The notes: generated by a model from the sequence alone, not told the origin. DNA of 64,000 nucleotides from Sphyrna mokarran (GCA_024679065.1 JAGIQG010000017.1:32798001-32862000); one strand, 5' to 3'. Counted from the stretch's first letter, positions 1 through 12,135 are shown. A program made the numbers and translations.

Positions 1-280
1 GTCATCGGCAGTGCTATCAAGTGTTACTCACACATCAATAACCTGCTTGCAAGACGCTCAGTTTGGGTTCTGCCAGAGCCAATCAGCTTCTGATTTCATT
101 ACAGCCTTGGTTCAGACATGGACAAAAGCGCTGAATGCAAAGGCAAAGTGAGATTGACTGTTCTTGATGTAGACGCAGCATTTGAGTGAGTGTGGTATCA
201 AGGCACCTTAACAAAATTAGAATCAATGGAAATCAGATGGAAAACTCTCCATTATTTGACATCATACTGAGCGCAAAGAT
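1..280 (+). mobile_element. Decayed non-LTR retrotransposon RT fragment (CR1/L2 group)
   Basis: Manual translation gives QFGFCQSQSASDFITALVQTWTKALN...TVLDVDAAFE*VWYQGTLTKLESM, matching the LINE RT pattern QFGFR...D..AFD.VWH, with stops and a frameshift. Confidence 0.85.
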
Positions 281-1058
281 TGCCTCTTGAAGCTAGAGAA
301 CTGTTTATTTGAACTGCAATGATTTTAATTGTTGGGAAATATAACTGGTTTAAGGGCAAAGGCCTAGTGTTTTATTGGAAATCACCTGACAGATAATCTT
401 TAAGTGTTGTCATTGAACTGTTTCAGGGAATAGGGCAAGAAGAAAGTCTGCTTTAACTCACTCATTCCCTGTCTTGCCTGAGAGTTTATGTGTGGTAACT
501 AACCTGCAGGCAGAGAATCCTCACCTGAGGTATAATTTTCTGTATTTGGAAACCTACAAAGCTCAGACAAGAAGAACTGATCCAGATCTATATTCTGAAT
601 CTCCATTAATAAGAATCTCCAAACATTACCTGCGATCTACTGTCTTCACATGAGGGGGCTCCAGATTAACACTGAAACACTGCAGGCTTTATCCTTTATG
701 TTAGAAAGTCCATCCTGCAAAGCACATCTCTGCTGTCTGTTTGCTCTTTGTTTGATTGTTCATGTGCACATGCTGGGATATTTTCAAAAAGGAATAGATA
801 GTTATATTTTCAAAGTACGATTGTGTGCGTACCAGCTCTTGCAACTTGTTTTGGAAAATATTTATTTAATAATAAATCAATCATTCTGAGTTTATTGAAA
901 AAAAATCTGATTAAAATCTGTTTTATTCTGGGTCTAACAGCTGTGAAAGTTAACAATTGTCCATTTAGGTGAGTGAATGAAACTTTTAAACTAATAGTGT
1001 GATCTGCAGAATAGTGGAGTTTGATAAAGTGCGAACTCTTCCCATTTTGCTCGTAACA
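281..1058 (+). mobile_element. Probable solo LTR (Gypsy-like)
   Basis: Starts TG where the LINE is truncated, contains AATAAA (~872) and ends ...TGTGATCTGCAGAATAGTGGAG...CTCGTAACA, an LTR-type 3' terminus; start uncertain. Confidence 0.45.
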
Positions 1059-1835
1059 GTGCAAATTTCAACAAATTATATGACCACAGTGGCAAAAGAG
1101 CAAATCACATTCTAATTCTTGTTGAATAATAATAATTGTTCACTTTCAGCAAAGATCATTACATACCTGCAGGAGGATCATTGCTTAATATTCTCCTCCT
1201 TAACCTGGAGATATTGGGGCCATGTTATAGCATCCCTACTAGAAGGACCCTGAAGAGATGATCGAAATGAGGAGTTGAGCACAAAACCTACCCGGTTGCT
1301 GTAGCTCAGAGATTTTTTCATTCATTGCCTTGACCATTTGAGTAATTCCCAGTTCTTTTAATATAATTTTCATATTAGTCAGAGTGAGTTAGTTTCTTTT
1401 TATGATGATTGTTGCATACTGTGATTTATTAATTTATTGTGTTTCATTAAGAGAGGTGATTGTGTAAATGTAGAATTCACTTCAGAAATGCCAACAATTA
1501 CTGTATTCTAGGAAAAGAAGTGACAGGGGAATAGTAACAACTTTTAAAATACTATCCCAGTGACAGAGACAAAAACTCTTGGAAACAAATTAAACTGTTA
1601 CCTGAAAACCAAAGACCATGCTTGACTCATGAAATTGTCCAGTGTAAGTAGAAATTGAAATTGAGACCTTGGGAACAGGGAGTGGATACTCTTTTGGCAC
1701 TTACAGGCATTCATGAGCATCTTAAAAGGCTTGTCGAAGATGGAGGCAATTGAAAACTGCCACAGGCAAAAATAGTTGCAGGACTTAAAATGTTTTCTTT
1801 ACTATTCCTGTTCAACACTACCAAACCTTTTTCAC

Positions 1836-1837
<2 letters not shown>

Positions 1838-1870
<33 letters not shown>
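1838..1870. repeat. (TG)n microsatellite
   Basis: Pure TG run seen directly. Confidence 0.98.
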
Positions 1871-1872
<2 letters not shown>

Positions 1873-2030
1873 CTTTTGGTGACTACTTCTCATGAGTTAT
1901 TTTATTGTATCACTGCCAACTATTAACACTGTCACTCCAATTATATTTTGATATAACAAGAATTTGTTGGAACCATGATGTGATCTTCCATTCCAAACCC
2001 AATCCTCTAAGTACATGGTGTATTAGAATA

Positions 2031-2240
2031 TCCGGTTTCCTCCCACATCCCAAAGATGTGCTCTTAGGCTAATTGGCAAAACAAATTCTCCCTAAATTGT
2101 CTCAAATTTGGTTTTTAATCCATAGATCTATAAACATTGACAGGGATCATGGGTAGAGGTGGGAACAGCGGGGTAGTGGCGCAGGCCCATTGGGCCAAAG
2201 GGCCTGTTTCCCATGCTATTTTGTTCTTTGTTCTTTGTTC
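2031..2240 (+). mobile_element. 5'-truncated retroposon 3' end (SINE core plus CR1-type tail), close copy of 4961-5162
   Basis: TCCGGTTTCCTCCCACATCCCAAAGATGTG core; GGGCCAAAGGGCCTGTT stem; (TGTTCTT)n tail; aligns along its length with 4961-5162. Confidence 0.9.
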
Positions 2241-2517
2241 TATCTCCAAATGAATGAATTTTCAAAAATTATACTAAAATTATTAAAGAAAAGGATTTCA
2301 ATTGATAATTGTGTTTCCCTACATAGTGTTGAACTGTATGGATTTGGAAGATCTATCTTTAGTTTCAATGCCCCCAGCTTGAGAAGAGGAAATAAAGTTT
2401 TGTGCTTCTGATTAATATCCAGTCATGCTAATTGGAAATTCGATGGTAGATATACAAAGGGATGGTTTGGATGAAATGTTTCCGCACACTCACAAATGAA
2501 AATGTTCACTACTCATA

Positions 2518-2815
2518 AATGTTTGCTGTATTCGTTGCTCCCAATGCGGTCTCCTCTGCACTGGGGAGACTAAACGCGAACTGGATGACAACTTTGCAGA
2601 ACACTTTACTCAATCCATAAACATGACCCCAATCTTCCCATCGTTTGCCATCTTAATTCAGCAACTTGCTCTCAAAGCTGGCTGCAATGTTCCAGTGAAT
2701 TCTAATGCAAAGTGGAGGAGCAAAGCTCATCTTCTGATCAGGCACTTCTGGACTCAACATTGAATCAACACCTTTAGACTGTGAACTTTCTCCTCCACCT
2801 TGATCTCTTTTTAAT
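2518..2815 (+). mobile_element. Penelope-like element, GIY-YIG endonuclease relic (5' piece)
   Basis: Translates NVCCIRCSQCGLLCTGETKRELDDNFAEH, the PLE VYCI.C..CG..YIGET.R.L..RF.EH motif; degenerate. Confidence 0.85.
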
Positions 2816-2829
2816 CCTATTTATTTTTT

Positions 2830-3572
2830 CTTTTGATTTGATTTATTATTGTCATATGTAATAGTGTACAGTGAAAAGTATTGTTTCTTGCATGCTATCA
2901 GATACAGCATACCATTCATAGCGGAGGAAATGAGTGCAGAATGTACTGTTACAGTCATAACTATGGTGCAGAGAAAGATCAACTTAATGTAAGGTAGGTC
3001 CATTCAAAAGCCTGACGGCAGCAAACTTTTGTATCTTTTTCCCAAAGGAAGAAGTTGGAAGAGACTATGTCCGAGGCGTATGGAATCTTTCATTATGCTG
3101 GCTGCTTTGCGGAGGCAGTGAGAGTGTAGAAAGTGTTAACGGATGGGAGGCTGGTTTGCATGATAGATTGGGCTACATTCATGACCTTTGTAGTTTCTTG
3201 TGGTCTTGGGCAGAGCAGGAGCCATACCAAGCTGTGATAAAACCAGAAAGAATTCTTCCTTTGATGCATCTGTAAAAGTTGGTGAGAGTCATACTTGACA
3301 TGCCAAATTTCCTTAGTAATTTTGAAAAATTAGAGACACTGATAGGCTTTCTTAACTATAGTGTTGGCATGGGACAGGTTGTTGGTAATCAGGACACCTA
3401 AAAATTTGAAGCTCTTGAGTCTTCCTACTTCGTCCCTGTTGATGTAGACAGGAGTGTGTTCTCCCTTATGCTTCCTGAAGTCGATGACAAACTCTTTCAT
3501 TTTGTTGACATTGAGGGAGAGATTATTATCACCATGCCAGGTCATCTGATTCTTTATCTCATTCCTGTACTC
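2830..3572 (-). mobile_element. Rex1/Babar-like LINE 3' portion, inserted into the Penelope relic
   Basis: ORF 3330-3593: YRNEI...NNLSLNVNKMKEFVIDFRK...FKFLGVLITNNLS...KKAYQ (RT C-terminus); 3' end ...TGACAATAATAAATCAAATCAAA. Confidence 0.88.
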
Positions 3573-3940
3573 CCAAACAACCCTGTTTCCCAAAGGGCCA
3601 TCTTAATTTTTGCTTTCACTCGCATTAGCTTTTGTTCTCTATTAACACATTCTTCTATCTCACTTTTATGTCACTGTCAGCACCTTCTGTAGTTTATATA
3701 GCCATTAACACTTCCTTTGCCTTGTGCCTGCAATGTCTTTATGCAATCTCTCCTAGCTCTCACCTATCACTGACCTTTTATTTTGCTCCATGTAATCTAC
3801 CATCTCTTAATCAGTATAAAATCTATCATATTTCTCCCTTTCTTTAGCCCTGTAGAAGAGTCATACAGACTTGAAATGTTAACTCTGTTTCTCTTTTTGC
3901 AGATGCTGCCAGACCTTTTGAGGTTTTTTGTTTTTATTAT
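3573..3940 (+). mobile_element. Penelope-like element 3' piece with decayed minimal hammerhead motif (~3850-3885)
   Basis: CTGTAGA-AGAGTC-ATACA-GACTT-GAAA-TGTTAACT followed by CTGTTTCTCT...CAGATGCTGCCAGACC, a PLE terminal-repeat pattern; catalytic core mutated. Confidence 0.7.
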
Positions 3941-4111
3941 TCAAATGAAAGTGCCCATTTGCAAAAGGTCAGACAATGCATGCAGATCATTACCCAACAT
4001 GAATGTGGATAAGGATATTGTGATGATCCAGTGCCTTTAAGAAATGAATTTTAATCATGTTTCACTGCAGGTTTTTCAAGCCATTCCTTTGCAAGATTTT
4101 ATTGGTACTCT

Positions 4112-4632
4112 GGGGTATAGAGTACAAGAGCTGGCCTTTAATGTTGCAGTTATATAAAACGTTGGTTAGACCTCATTTGGAATACTGAGTCCAGTTTTGG
4201 TCGCCTTACTACTGGAAGGATGTGGAGACTCTGGAGAGAGTGCAGAGGAGGTTTACCAGGATGCTACCTGGTATGGAAGGTCTGAGTTACGAGGAGAGGT
4301 TAGGCAAATTGGGACTGTTTTCCTTAGAAAGACGTAGACTTAGAGGAGATCTAATAGAGGTGTACAAGATTATGAGGGGTATTGATAGAGTAAACAGGGT
4401 TAAGCTTTTTCCTTGGATGGACTCGAATAGCACGAGGGGTCACGGGCTTAGGGTGAGGGGGGTAAGGTATAATTTGGATGCTAGAGGGAGTTTTTTCACA
4501 CAGAGGGTGGTGGAGGTATGGAATGCGCTGCCAAGTAAAGTGGTGGAGGCAGGTACTCTGGAGTTATTTAAGAAATACTTAGATGGGCACATGAACAGAA
4601 TGGGAATGGAGGGGTATAGAAAACTGATTTAA
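4112..4632 (+). mobile_element. CR1 LINE ORF2 C-terminus (5'-truncated)
   Basis: GIEYKS...LYKTLVRPHLEY*VQFWSP...LERVQRRFTRMLPGMEGLSYEERL...FFTQRVVEVWNALP; ORF 4222-4632. Confidence 0.95.
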
Positions 4633-4845
4633 AATGGGATCATGAGCCTTGGGAGTTCCTGGGAATTGTGTAAATAGATGATGATATTGATGTACTTGTT
4701 TTTATCCTACAGGTGCTTTGGTTCACCTTGTTGTCTAACAAGGGGCATACACACGATGGGTCATGAGAGGGCTGCTCTTGGATGTTTTTCAAGAGTGTTC
4801 TAGTGCTTCACGTTGTTAGTGTATGCTTGACCTGGACCATTTGAT

Positions 4846-5162
4846 GGGCAACACGGCAGCTCAGTGACTATCGCTGTGATGTGCAGGTACATGGATTTGG
4901 GCCTGTGTCTGTGGGAGTTTGCGCATTCTCCCCGTGCTTGCGTGGGTTTTCTCTGGGTTCTCCGGTTTCCTCCCATATCCCAAAGATGTGCTCTTAGGCT
5001 AATTGGGAAAACAAATTCTCCCTAAATTGTCTCAAATTTGGTTTTTAATCCATAGATCTATAAACATAGACAGGGATCACGGGTAGAGGTGGGAACATCA
5101 GGGTGGCGGCATGGGCTCATTGGGCCAAAGGGCCTGTTTCCCGTGATTTGTTCTTTGTTCTT
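4846..5162 (+). mobile_element. tRNA-derived SINE-like segment (V-SINE/HE1-like core) with CR1-type tail
   Basis: Degenerate head GGGCAACACGGCAGCTCAGTG; core GGAGTTTGCGCATTCTCCCCGTG...TCCGGTTTCCTCCCA; (TGTTCTT)n tail. Confidence 0.85.
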
Positions 5163-7220
5163 AATGTCTGTAGTTTGGGTCCTTTAATAATTGATACCAT
5201 GTTGATTTTAATCTGGACTCATGCAGGGTCCTGTGGTGTTTAATGATCCCTTTTGATTGCTGAGCAGAACTTGATTGACAGTTTGTGTCAAGTGGTTAGG
5301 GATGGCTATGCTTCATAGAAAAGTTCAGCTTTTAGTTTGGCTTTCCAGTAGTAGACTGAAGTGGAGAACAGCAATTGTATTTTCTCCTCCCTCCGGAACT
5401 GAATTCGTTAATTTCATTTTCTCAGATGCTGTTTGGACTTGAGGCAGAAAGCAGTGTCTTTTGTTTTGCCCTGTGTGGAGTTGGAAGTTCTGTTGTCTGT
5501 GAGTTGCTGTTAGAAGCTGGTGGAAGAAGGCAGTAGTCCAATAGCTCTTGCCTTCAGCATGTTCGGATTCGATCAATCTTTCACCAGTTGATAAATCCTT
5601 AAGGCACCTCAGCCCTACTTTCTAGGACTGCCCCCCTAAATCTTTTTGCTTCTTTAATTCTTTTGTCATATTTAATACATTCTCAAAATCACTGTTCTTC
5701 ATACCTCATCGAAATAATCATGTGAACTGTCAGTGATTGTTGTGCCTCAGCAGATATTGCAGCCAATTGAAAGAGCAAATTTATGTCTGCCTCTTGTGGC
5801 AGCCCTGGTTGTCAGCAAGTTCAGACATGGGGGAGTTCCTGACTTTGGGCAGCTGCCTCCTATGGCTGATAACGGAGCTCAGCCAATTTCAGGACTGATG
5901 TTTTACAAGTATTTTTTGGGGTGGAGAGCATTACTGCCCAATATTGAGTCACATTGCACCCATTTTATGCCCATACATCAAGTGCAACAAGGTCCAATTT
6001 CTATATCCTTTTTCCTGATCTGTATCAGGCTCCCTGCATTTAATCTGTCAGTAATCTGCTCCTGAAATTGTTCATTCATTAAAGCAGCATGTCCATATGT
6101 CGAATAGACACAGCAGCCAGAATAAGGACCACTGAGATTGGCCTTCAAAGTTTTCACTTTTGACTCAACTTTACAGTAAAGCAATTAAGAGAATCTGACC
6201 TTTTCTCCTCTCTGAAAATGCAGGGTTTAGATACCTGCTTAAATCCATTAATCTGGTGAGAACTCCATAAACCCCATAAGAAGTTCAATATTCTTCAGGG
6301 AAGTGTAATTAAGATTTTAATAGCAATTTGAGTTCTAGCCACTGCCTAACAACTGACCTGGTCCTTAAGCAATAACATTATATTTTGGATTATTTTTAAA
6401 TATCTCCATTATGATTAATTACTCAATTTCTATTTTTTTTTAAACTTTGTTCATGATATTTCAGCTTCTACCTTAACCTTAATGCATGTCCAAATCATTA
6501 TTGTTCTCTCTGTTAAAATTCTAAGAAGCAATCTGATTATTAGTGCTTTTTATTTCCTGTGTTTGCTGCCTATGAGAATTCCTTAATGTGATTGGCTACT
6601 GGGACAACTTAATGACAGTGCTACTAGCTCAGGTTAGGAACTGTGATTAAACTATGCTACAATCAATTGCACATCAAGTGAGATTATAGTTTTCGCTGCA
6701 GAGATCATAGCATCTTTCAGTTAAGCTTCCTTCGAAGCTAATGACAAACACCCTTGCTGTGCTGTTGACGACAAAATCCAGGCCTTAGGACACAGAACAA
6801 AGAGACCGAATTCCCCAAATGGTCCATGCTGATGTTTTAGGTTCCATTTGAGCCTCTTCTGACCTTTCCTCTCTAACTCTATCAGCATAACCCTGTGTTC
6901 CCCACTCTTCATTTGCTTATATTTGGCAGTACTACACTTAACACAACTGCCTGATAATAGCTGAGATTAACTGCTTTTGCTGAGTTCAGATCAGCAGACA
7001 GAGAACTGAAGAGCAATGCCAAGTCAGGCAAAGATACTAATAACAAACTATACCTGAGAGTGATACAGCACATAACATCAGTGTATCCATTTCTTTCCAG
7101 TTTCATGCCAGCCTCCAACAGATCTCCTGATCCATCATAGTGGACACCAGCAGAGGATCCCATGGGAAATTCACGCCAGCTTTGAATGATTTTTGTACTC
7201 CAACACATTCTCTCCATACT

Positions 7221-8845
7221 ATTGAACCCCCATTGAGCCCCCATTGTGCCCCCATTGAATCCTCCATTGAACTCTCATTGAACCCACCATTGTACTCCCA
7301 ATGAACTCCCAATGAACCCCCATTGAACTCCCTTTGAACCCTCCCCATTGAACCCCCATTTGAATTTCCATTGAGCCCCCATTGAAATCCCATTGAACTC
7401 CCATTGACCCCCCATTGAACCCCCACTGAACTCCATTGAACTCCCCCATTGAACCCTCCATTAAACCTGCCATTGAACCCCCCCATTGAACCCAACATTG
7501 AATCCCCCCATTGAACTCAACATTGAATCCTCCCATTGAACCCAACATTGAACACCCACCAAACTCCAATTGAGAATACCAAAAAAACCCTCATTGAACC
7601 CACCATTGAACTCCTATTGAACCTGCCATTGAATTCACCATTGAACCCCATTAAACCTGCCATTGAACCCCCATTGAACCCATCATTGAACCCCCATTGA
7701 ACTCCCATTGAACTCCTATTGAACCCACCATTGAATCCACCATTGAACCCCCATTGAACTCATTAACTACCATTGAACCCCCAGTGAACCCACCATTGAA
7801 CCCCCATTGAACTCCCATTGAACTCCATTGAACTCCCCCATTGAACCCTCCATTAAACCTGCCATTGAACCCCCCCATTGAACCCAACATTGAATCCCCC
7901 CATTGAACTCAACATTGAATCCTCCCATTGAACCCAACATTGAACCCTCATTGAACCCACCACTGAACTCCAATTGAACCTGCCATTGAATTCACCATTG
8001 AACCCCATTAAACCTGCCATTGAACCCCCACTGAACCCATCATTGAACCCCCATTGAACTCCCATTGAACTCCTATTGAACCCGCCATTGAATCCACCAT
8101 TGAACCCCATTAAACCTGCCATTGAACCCCCATTGAACCCATCATTGAACCCCCATTGAACTCCCATTGAACTCCTATTGAACCCACCATTGAATCCACC
8201 ATTGAACCCCCCATTGAACCCCATTGAACCTACCATTGAACCCCCAGTGAACCCACCATTGAACCCCCATTGAACTCCCATTGAACCCCTCCTTGAATCC
8301 ACTATTGAACCCTCCATTGAACCAACATTGAATCCCCCCCATGAACCCGACATTGAACCCTTCCATTGAACTCCCATTGAACCCTCCATTGAACCCTCCA
8401 TTGAACTCGCCATTGAACGCCTATTGAGCCCGTCATTGATCCTGCCATTGAATTCCCATTGAATCCACTACTGAACCCGCCATTGAACCCGCCATTGAAC
8501 CCCAATTGAACTGGCCACAGAATCCTCATTGAACTCCCATTGAACCTGCCAGTGAACACCCCCATTGAACGCCCATTGAACCCACCATTGAACCCCCATT
8601 GAACTCCCAGTGAACCCACCATTGAACCCACCATTGAACCTCCATTTAACGCACCATTGAAGCCACCATTGAACTCCCATTTAACCCTCATTGAATCCAC
8701 CATGGAACTGTCTATTGAACCTAACATTGAATCCCCATTGATCCCGCCACTGAACCCTCATTGAACTCCCACTGAACCCATCATTGAACCCTACATTGAC
8801 CCCCCCCCCCACATTGAACCCTCCATTGAACTCTCCATTGAACCC
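7221..8845. repeat. ~1.6 kb minisatellite of 10-13 bp units, core ATTGAAC plus C-rich spacer, with higher-order duplications
   Basis: More than 100 tandem CCATTGAAC-type units seen directly; strong C/G strand asymmetry. Confidence 0.97.
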
Positions 8846-8849
8846 ATGG

Positions 8850-8960
8850 AATCCATGTGCAGAACCATAGATAAATTGTATCTTTTAATTCTGTTTCGCT
8901 CTTTACGAAATGCCACCTGACCTGAGTATTTCCGGTATTTTCTGATTTCTATGTTTTGTA
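8850..8960 (+). mobile_element. Penelope-type terminal repeat remnant
   Basis: TTAATTCTGTTTCGCTCT...ATGCCACCTGACCTGAGTATTTCCGGTATTTTCTG, similar to 3880-3940 and 55840-55930. Confidence 0.55.
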
Positions 8961-10278
8961 TTGTTTCCTCTGAATTGGCTATACTCATGTTCCCACTATT
9001 CATTTCTGTCAATGTCATTGAAAGTGCTCCAGAAAGTTAAATTATGGTTTAACCTGCTGTTGTGGTGCATTGTATTTAACGCTCATTCCTTCGGCTACTT
9101 TTATGTTGTACTTAATGAGAGTAAGTAGTCTCCAATGTGTGAGTTTTACACAGTCAACCATAACCTTAGAGTAAAGAGGGTTTGAAATTAATGAATTTAA
9201 TTATTGGTAAATTCCAGAAAATAGCAACATTTCAAATTCAAAATGAAAATACAACTGTATTTTGAATCCAATAAATCTACTGAATTTGCAAAGTCCAACC
9301 ATTGGGAAGACTTGGTCTAAGAATGCATGATGAGGGTTTGGGTCACAACAGTCAACTTCTATTTGCATTTGAATGGTAACTTGCCAAGATCTCCTTAAGA
9401 AGGCAGAGCAGAGCCCATTAGCTCTGATCAGTCCTTTGGCCTCACTGAGTAAATAGAGTGAGATTAAAAGGAAGAAGGGGTTTAATTATTCATTCAAAAC
9501 AGACCTTTAGAGAAAATACAATTACATCAAAGACCAGGCAAACTTCGAAAACAATCCTTGTTAAGATGTAACCCATCATTTGTCTTTGTTACTAAGAGGG
9601 AGGTTTATTTAATCTATCAGAATTCTACGGAAAAATTTATAAGATCAAAGATGCATTTGAAGCAATGTGTAAAGTGTTAAAAATAGTTGTTGACAAAAGT
9701 GAGTAACTGGATTGGCTATCCTCACGTTTCCACTATTCATTTCTACCAATTTCATTGGAAGTGCTCCAGCAAGTTAAATTATCATTTTATGCCACACCAT
9801 TTCAAAGACAAAAGCAAAAATTGACTCATTCATCTGCATTGCAGGCGATTAAACAGCGATAAAATATTTATCTTATTTCTTTTGGCATTATGAATATCCA
9901 AGGAATTGAGATTATTAATGTACATTTTTACTGTCTGAATGTGCATACTGTGCACACATCAAATTGTACTCAGAGAAACACATCTTGTGCAAAGGAGCAT
10001 CTCAATTTGAACAGGAAGATGATGAGATGCCAGAAAATGATAATGTCAGTACCAAGATACTTGATGTTGAAAATGAGCATTTAGGCAGCATACTTGGAGA
10101 TAGAAGATTACTGGCATTTGTAACATATGTAACTTCCACCAGTATGCATTTCTGACTTTTCAGTAAGGATGGGGAAAAAAAGGAAGGGGGAATTAAAAAG
10201 AAAACTGGCTAGATCTGAAATGAGAGTTTCCACAATAATTGGTGATGAGTATTCTATTGTTAAGGGTAGCTAATTACA

Positions 10279-10893
10279 TTTTTAAAATTAGTTTGTGGGA
10301 CATAGGCATTACTGGTTGGCCAGCATTTATTGTCCATCTCTAGCTGCCCTTATTCAGAGGGCAGTAAAGACCACATTGTTGTGGCTCTGGAGTCACATGT
10401 AGGCCAGATTAGGTAAGGATGGAAAATTTCCTTTCCTGAAGGACATTAAGTTTAAGTTTATTTATTATTGTCACAAGTAGGCTTATATTAACACTGCAAC
10501 GAAGTTACTGTGAAAATCCCCTAGTCTCCACACTCCAGCGCCTGTTCGGGTACACTGAGAGAGAATTTAGCATGGCCAATGCACCTAGCCAGCATGTCTT
10601 TTGGACTGTGGAAGAAATGGGAACAGACATGAGAAAAATGTGCTGAGTCTTCAAGCCAGGAATTGAACCTGGGTCTCTGGAACTGTGAGGCAGCAGCACT
10701 ACTCACTGTGCTGGGAGTTTTCAACAATTGACAATGGATTCATGGTCACCAGTAGATTCTTAATTCCAGATGTCTTTTATTGAATTCAAATTTCATCATC
10801 TGCCCTGATGGGATTCGAACTCGGGTCCCAGAATATTAGCTGAGTTTCTGGATTAATAGTCTGGCAATAATACCACTAAGTCATCGCCTCCCC
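10279..10893 (-). mobile_element. tRNA-derived SINE (family also at 27847 and 41360-41830), split by another SINE
   Basis: B-box-like GAGTTCGAATCCC on minus (~10810-10822); body homologous to 28153-28454. Confidence 0.85.
10448..10712 (-). mobile_element. V-SINE-like element with tail type B (TGTGACAATAATAAATAAACTT)
   Basis: Head GCTGCTGCCTCACAG...GGTTCAATTCC; core; tail shared with 24799, 25501, 40605, 51441 and 53958. Confidence 0.9.
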
Positions 10894-11658
10894 CTAATAA
10901 ATACACTTGAAAATAGTTCTGCCCAGGGGATCACTGTTAGTTTGCTGAATATCTTGGTGACCAGAAAATAACTTTGTTACTAATCAATACAATTCCCCAA
11001 CTTCTGCTAGGATTAACATTTCTTTTAAATCATATGATAACCAGTTTTTTAAACCGAAATATTAACTATAAAGAATTATTCTTTCTCTTTTTAAATACCT
11101 GAATTATATGCTGCACAAAATATTATGAAATGCACTTAAAAGTTTTGTATCTGAGGCAATTATTTATTATTATACTGTTGTGTTCAGTTGAAAGATTTTA
11201 TATTTTCAATGTACTCCTGTAAACCTTTCTTACAATCATTTTATTTTACTTTAAAGAGAACCTGCTTTGTCTCAAGTCATATTGAGCAGTTGTGAAAAAT
11301 ATATTGCAGTGCTAAACTCATACCTTTGTATTCTCAAGTTTCGTCTTTTTCCAATAAAATGTAATTGCATTGCTAAAACTGGGTGCTACCCTTAATTCTT
11401 GCCTTATAAGAGTGACTCTGTGGGATTAAAACAGACCACTTTGTCAAAGCTATTCAATGTTTTCCAATAAGCCTGGACTACAATCCTTTGAATACCTTGC
11501 ATCATTCAAAACAGTTCAGCATCTTCTATGGGGTTGAGTCAGATGTGAAATGAACAAATTACAAACCAAAATCCCCATTCAATAAAGAGTATTTGAAATG
11601 AAATACTTAAGAGTATGTGGGACAGAATTCATTTGGGCTGTGTTATGTTTTACTACTG

Positions 11659-12135
11659 TTACAGATGAACCATAGAAAGCATTCTTTTTGGTTGTATCAC
11701 AGCTTGGTATGGCTTCTGCTCTGCCCAAGACTACAAGAAACTACAAAAGGTCATGAATATAGCCCAATCCATCATGCAAACCAGCCTCCCATCTGTTGAC
11801 TCTATCTAAACATCCTGCTGCCTTGGCAAAGCAGTCAGCTTAAGGACCCCATGCACCCCGGACATTCTCTCTTCCGCTGTCACCCTGCGGGAAGAGGTCT
11901 GAGATCACATGCCAACTGACTCAAAAACAGCTTCTTCCCTGCTGCTGTCAAACGTTTGAATGCACTTACCTTGCATTAAGTTGGTCTTTCTCTGCACCCT
12001 AGCTATGACTGTAACACTACATTCTGCACTCTCTCATTTCCATTTCTATGAATGGTATGTTTTGTATGTATAGGGTGCAAGAAGCAATACTTTCACTGTA
12101 TATTAGTACATGTGACAATAATAAATTAAATCAAA
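11659..12135 (+). mobile_element. Rex1/Babar-like LINE 3' end
   Basis: Translates TIESILFGCITAWYG; 3' end TACATGTGACAATAATAAATTAAATCAAA; homologous to 2830-3300 and 16249-16763. Confidence 0.88.

Noticed and set aside
1248-1280. CTGAAGA-GATGATC-GAAA hammerhead-like core
   Set aside because: Stem II has no viable loop, and I found no matching stem I/III with an NUH site; likely chance
7103-8727. Gly-rich ORFs (GGFNGGSM/VQW repeats) as a structural protein gene
   Set aside because: Unit lengths of 10-13 nt do not preserve frame, and similar ORFs appear in all three minus frames; a by-product of the minisatellite
7221-8845. CRISPR-like or telomeric array
   Set aside because: Spacers are 3-6 nt C-rich variants rather than unique ~30-nt spacers; no TTAGGG units; the context is eukaryotic
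9964-10155. Acidic ORF (EQEDDEMPENDN) as an exon
   Set aside because: No convincing splice sites or recognisable domain; short
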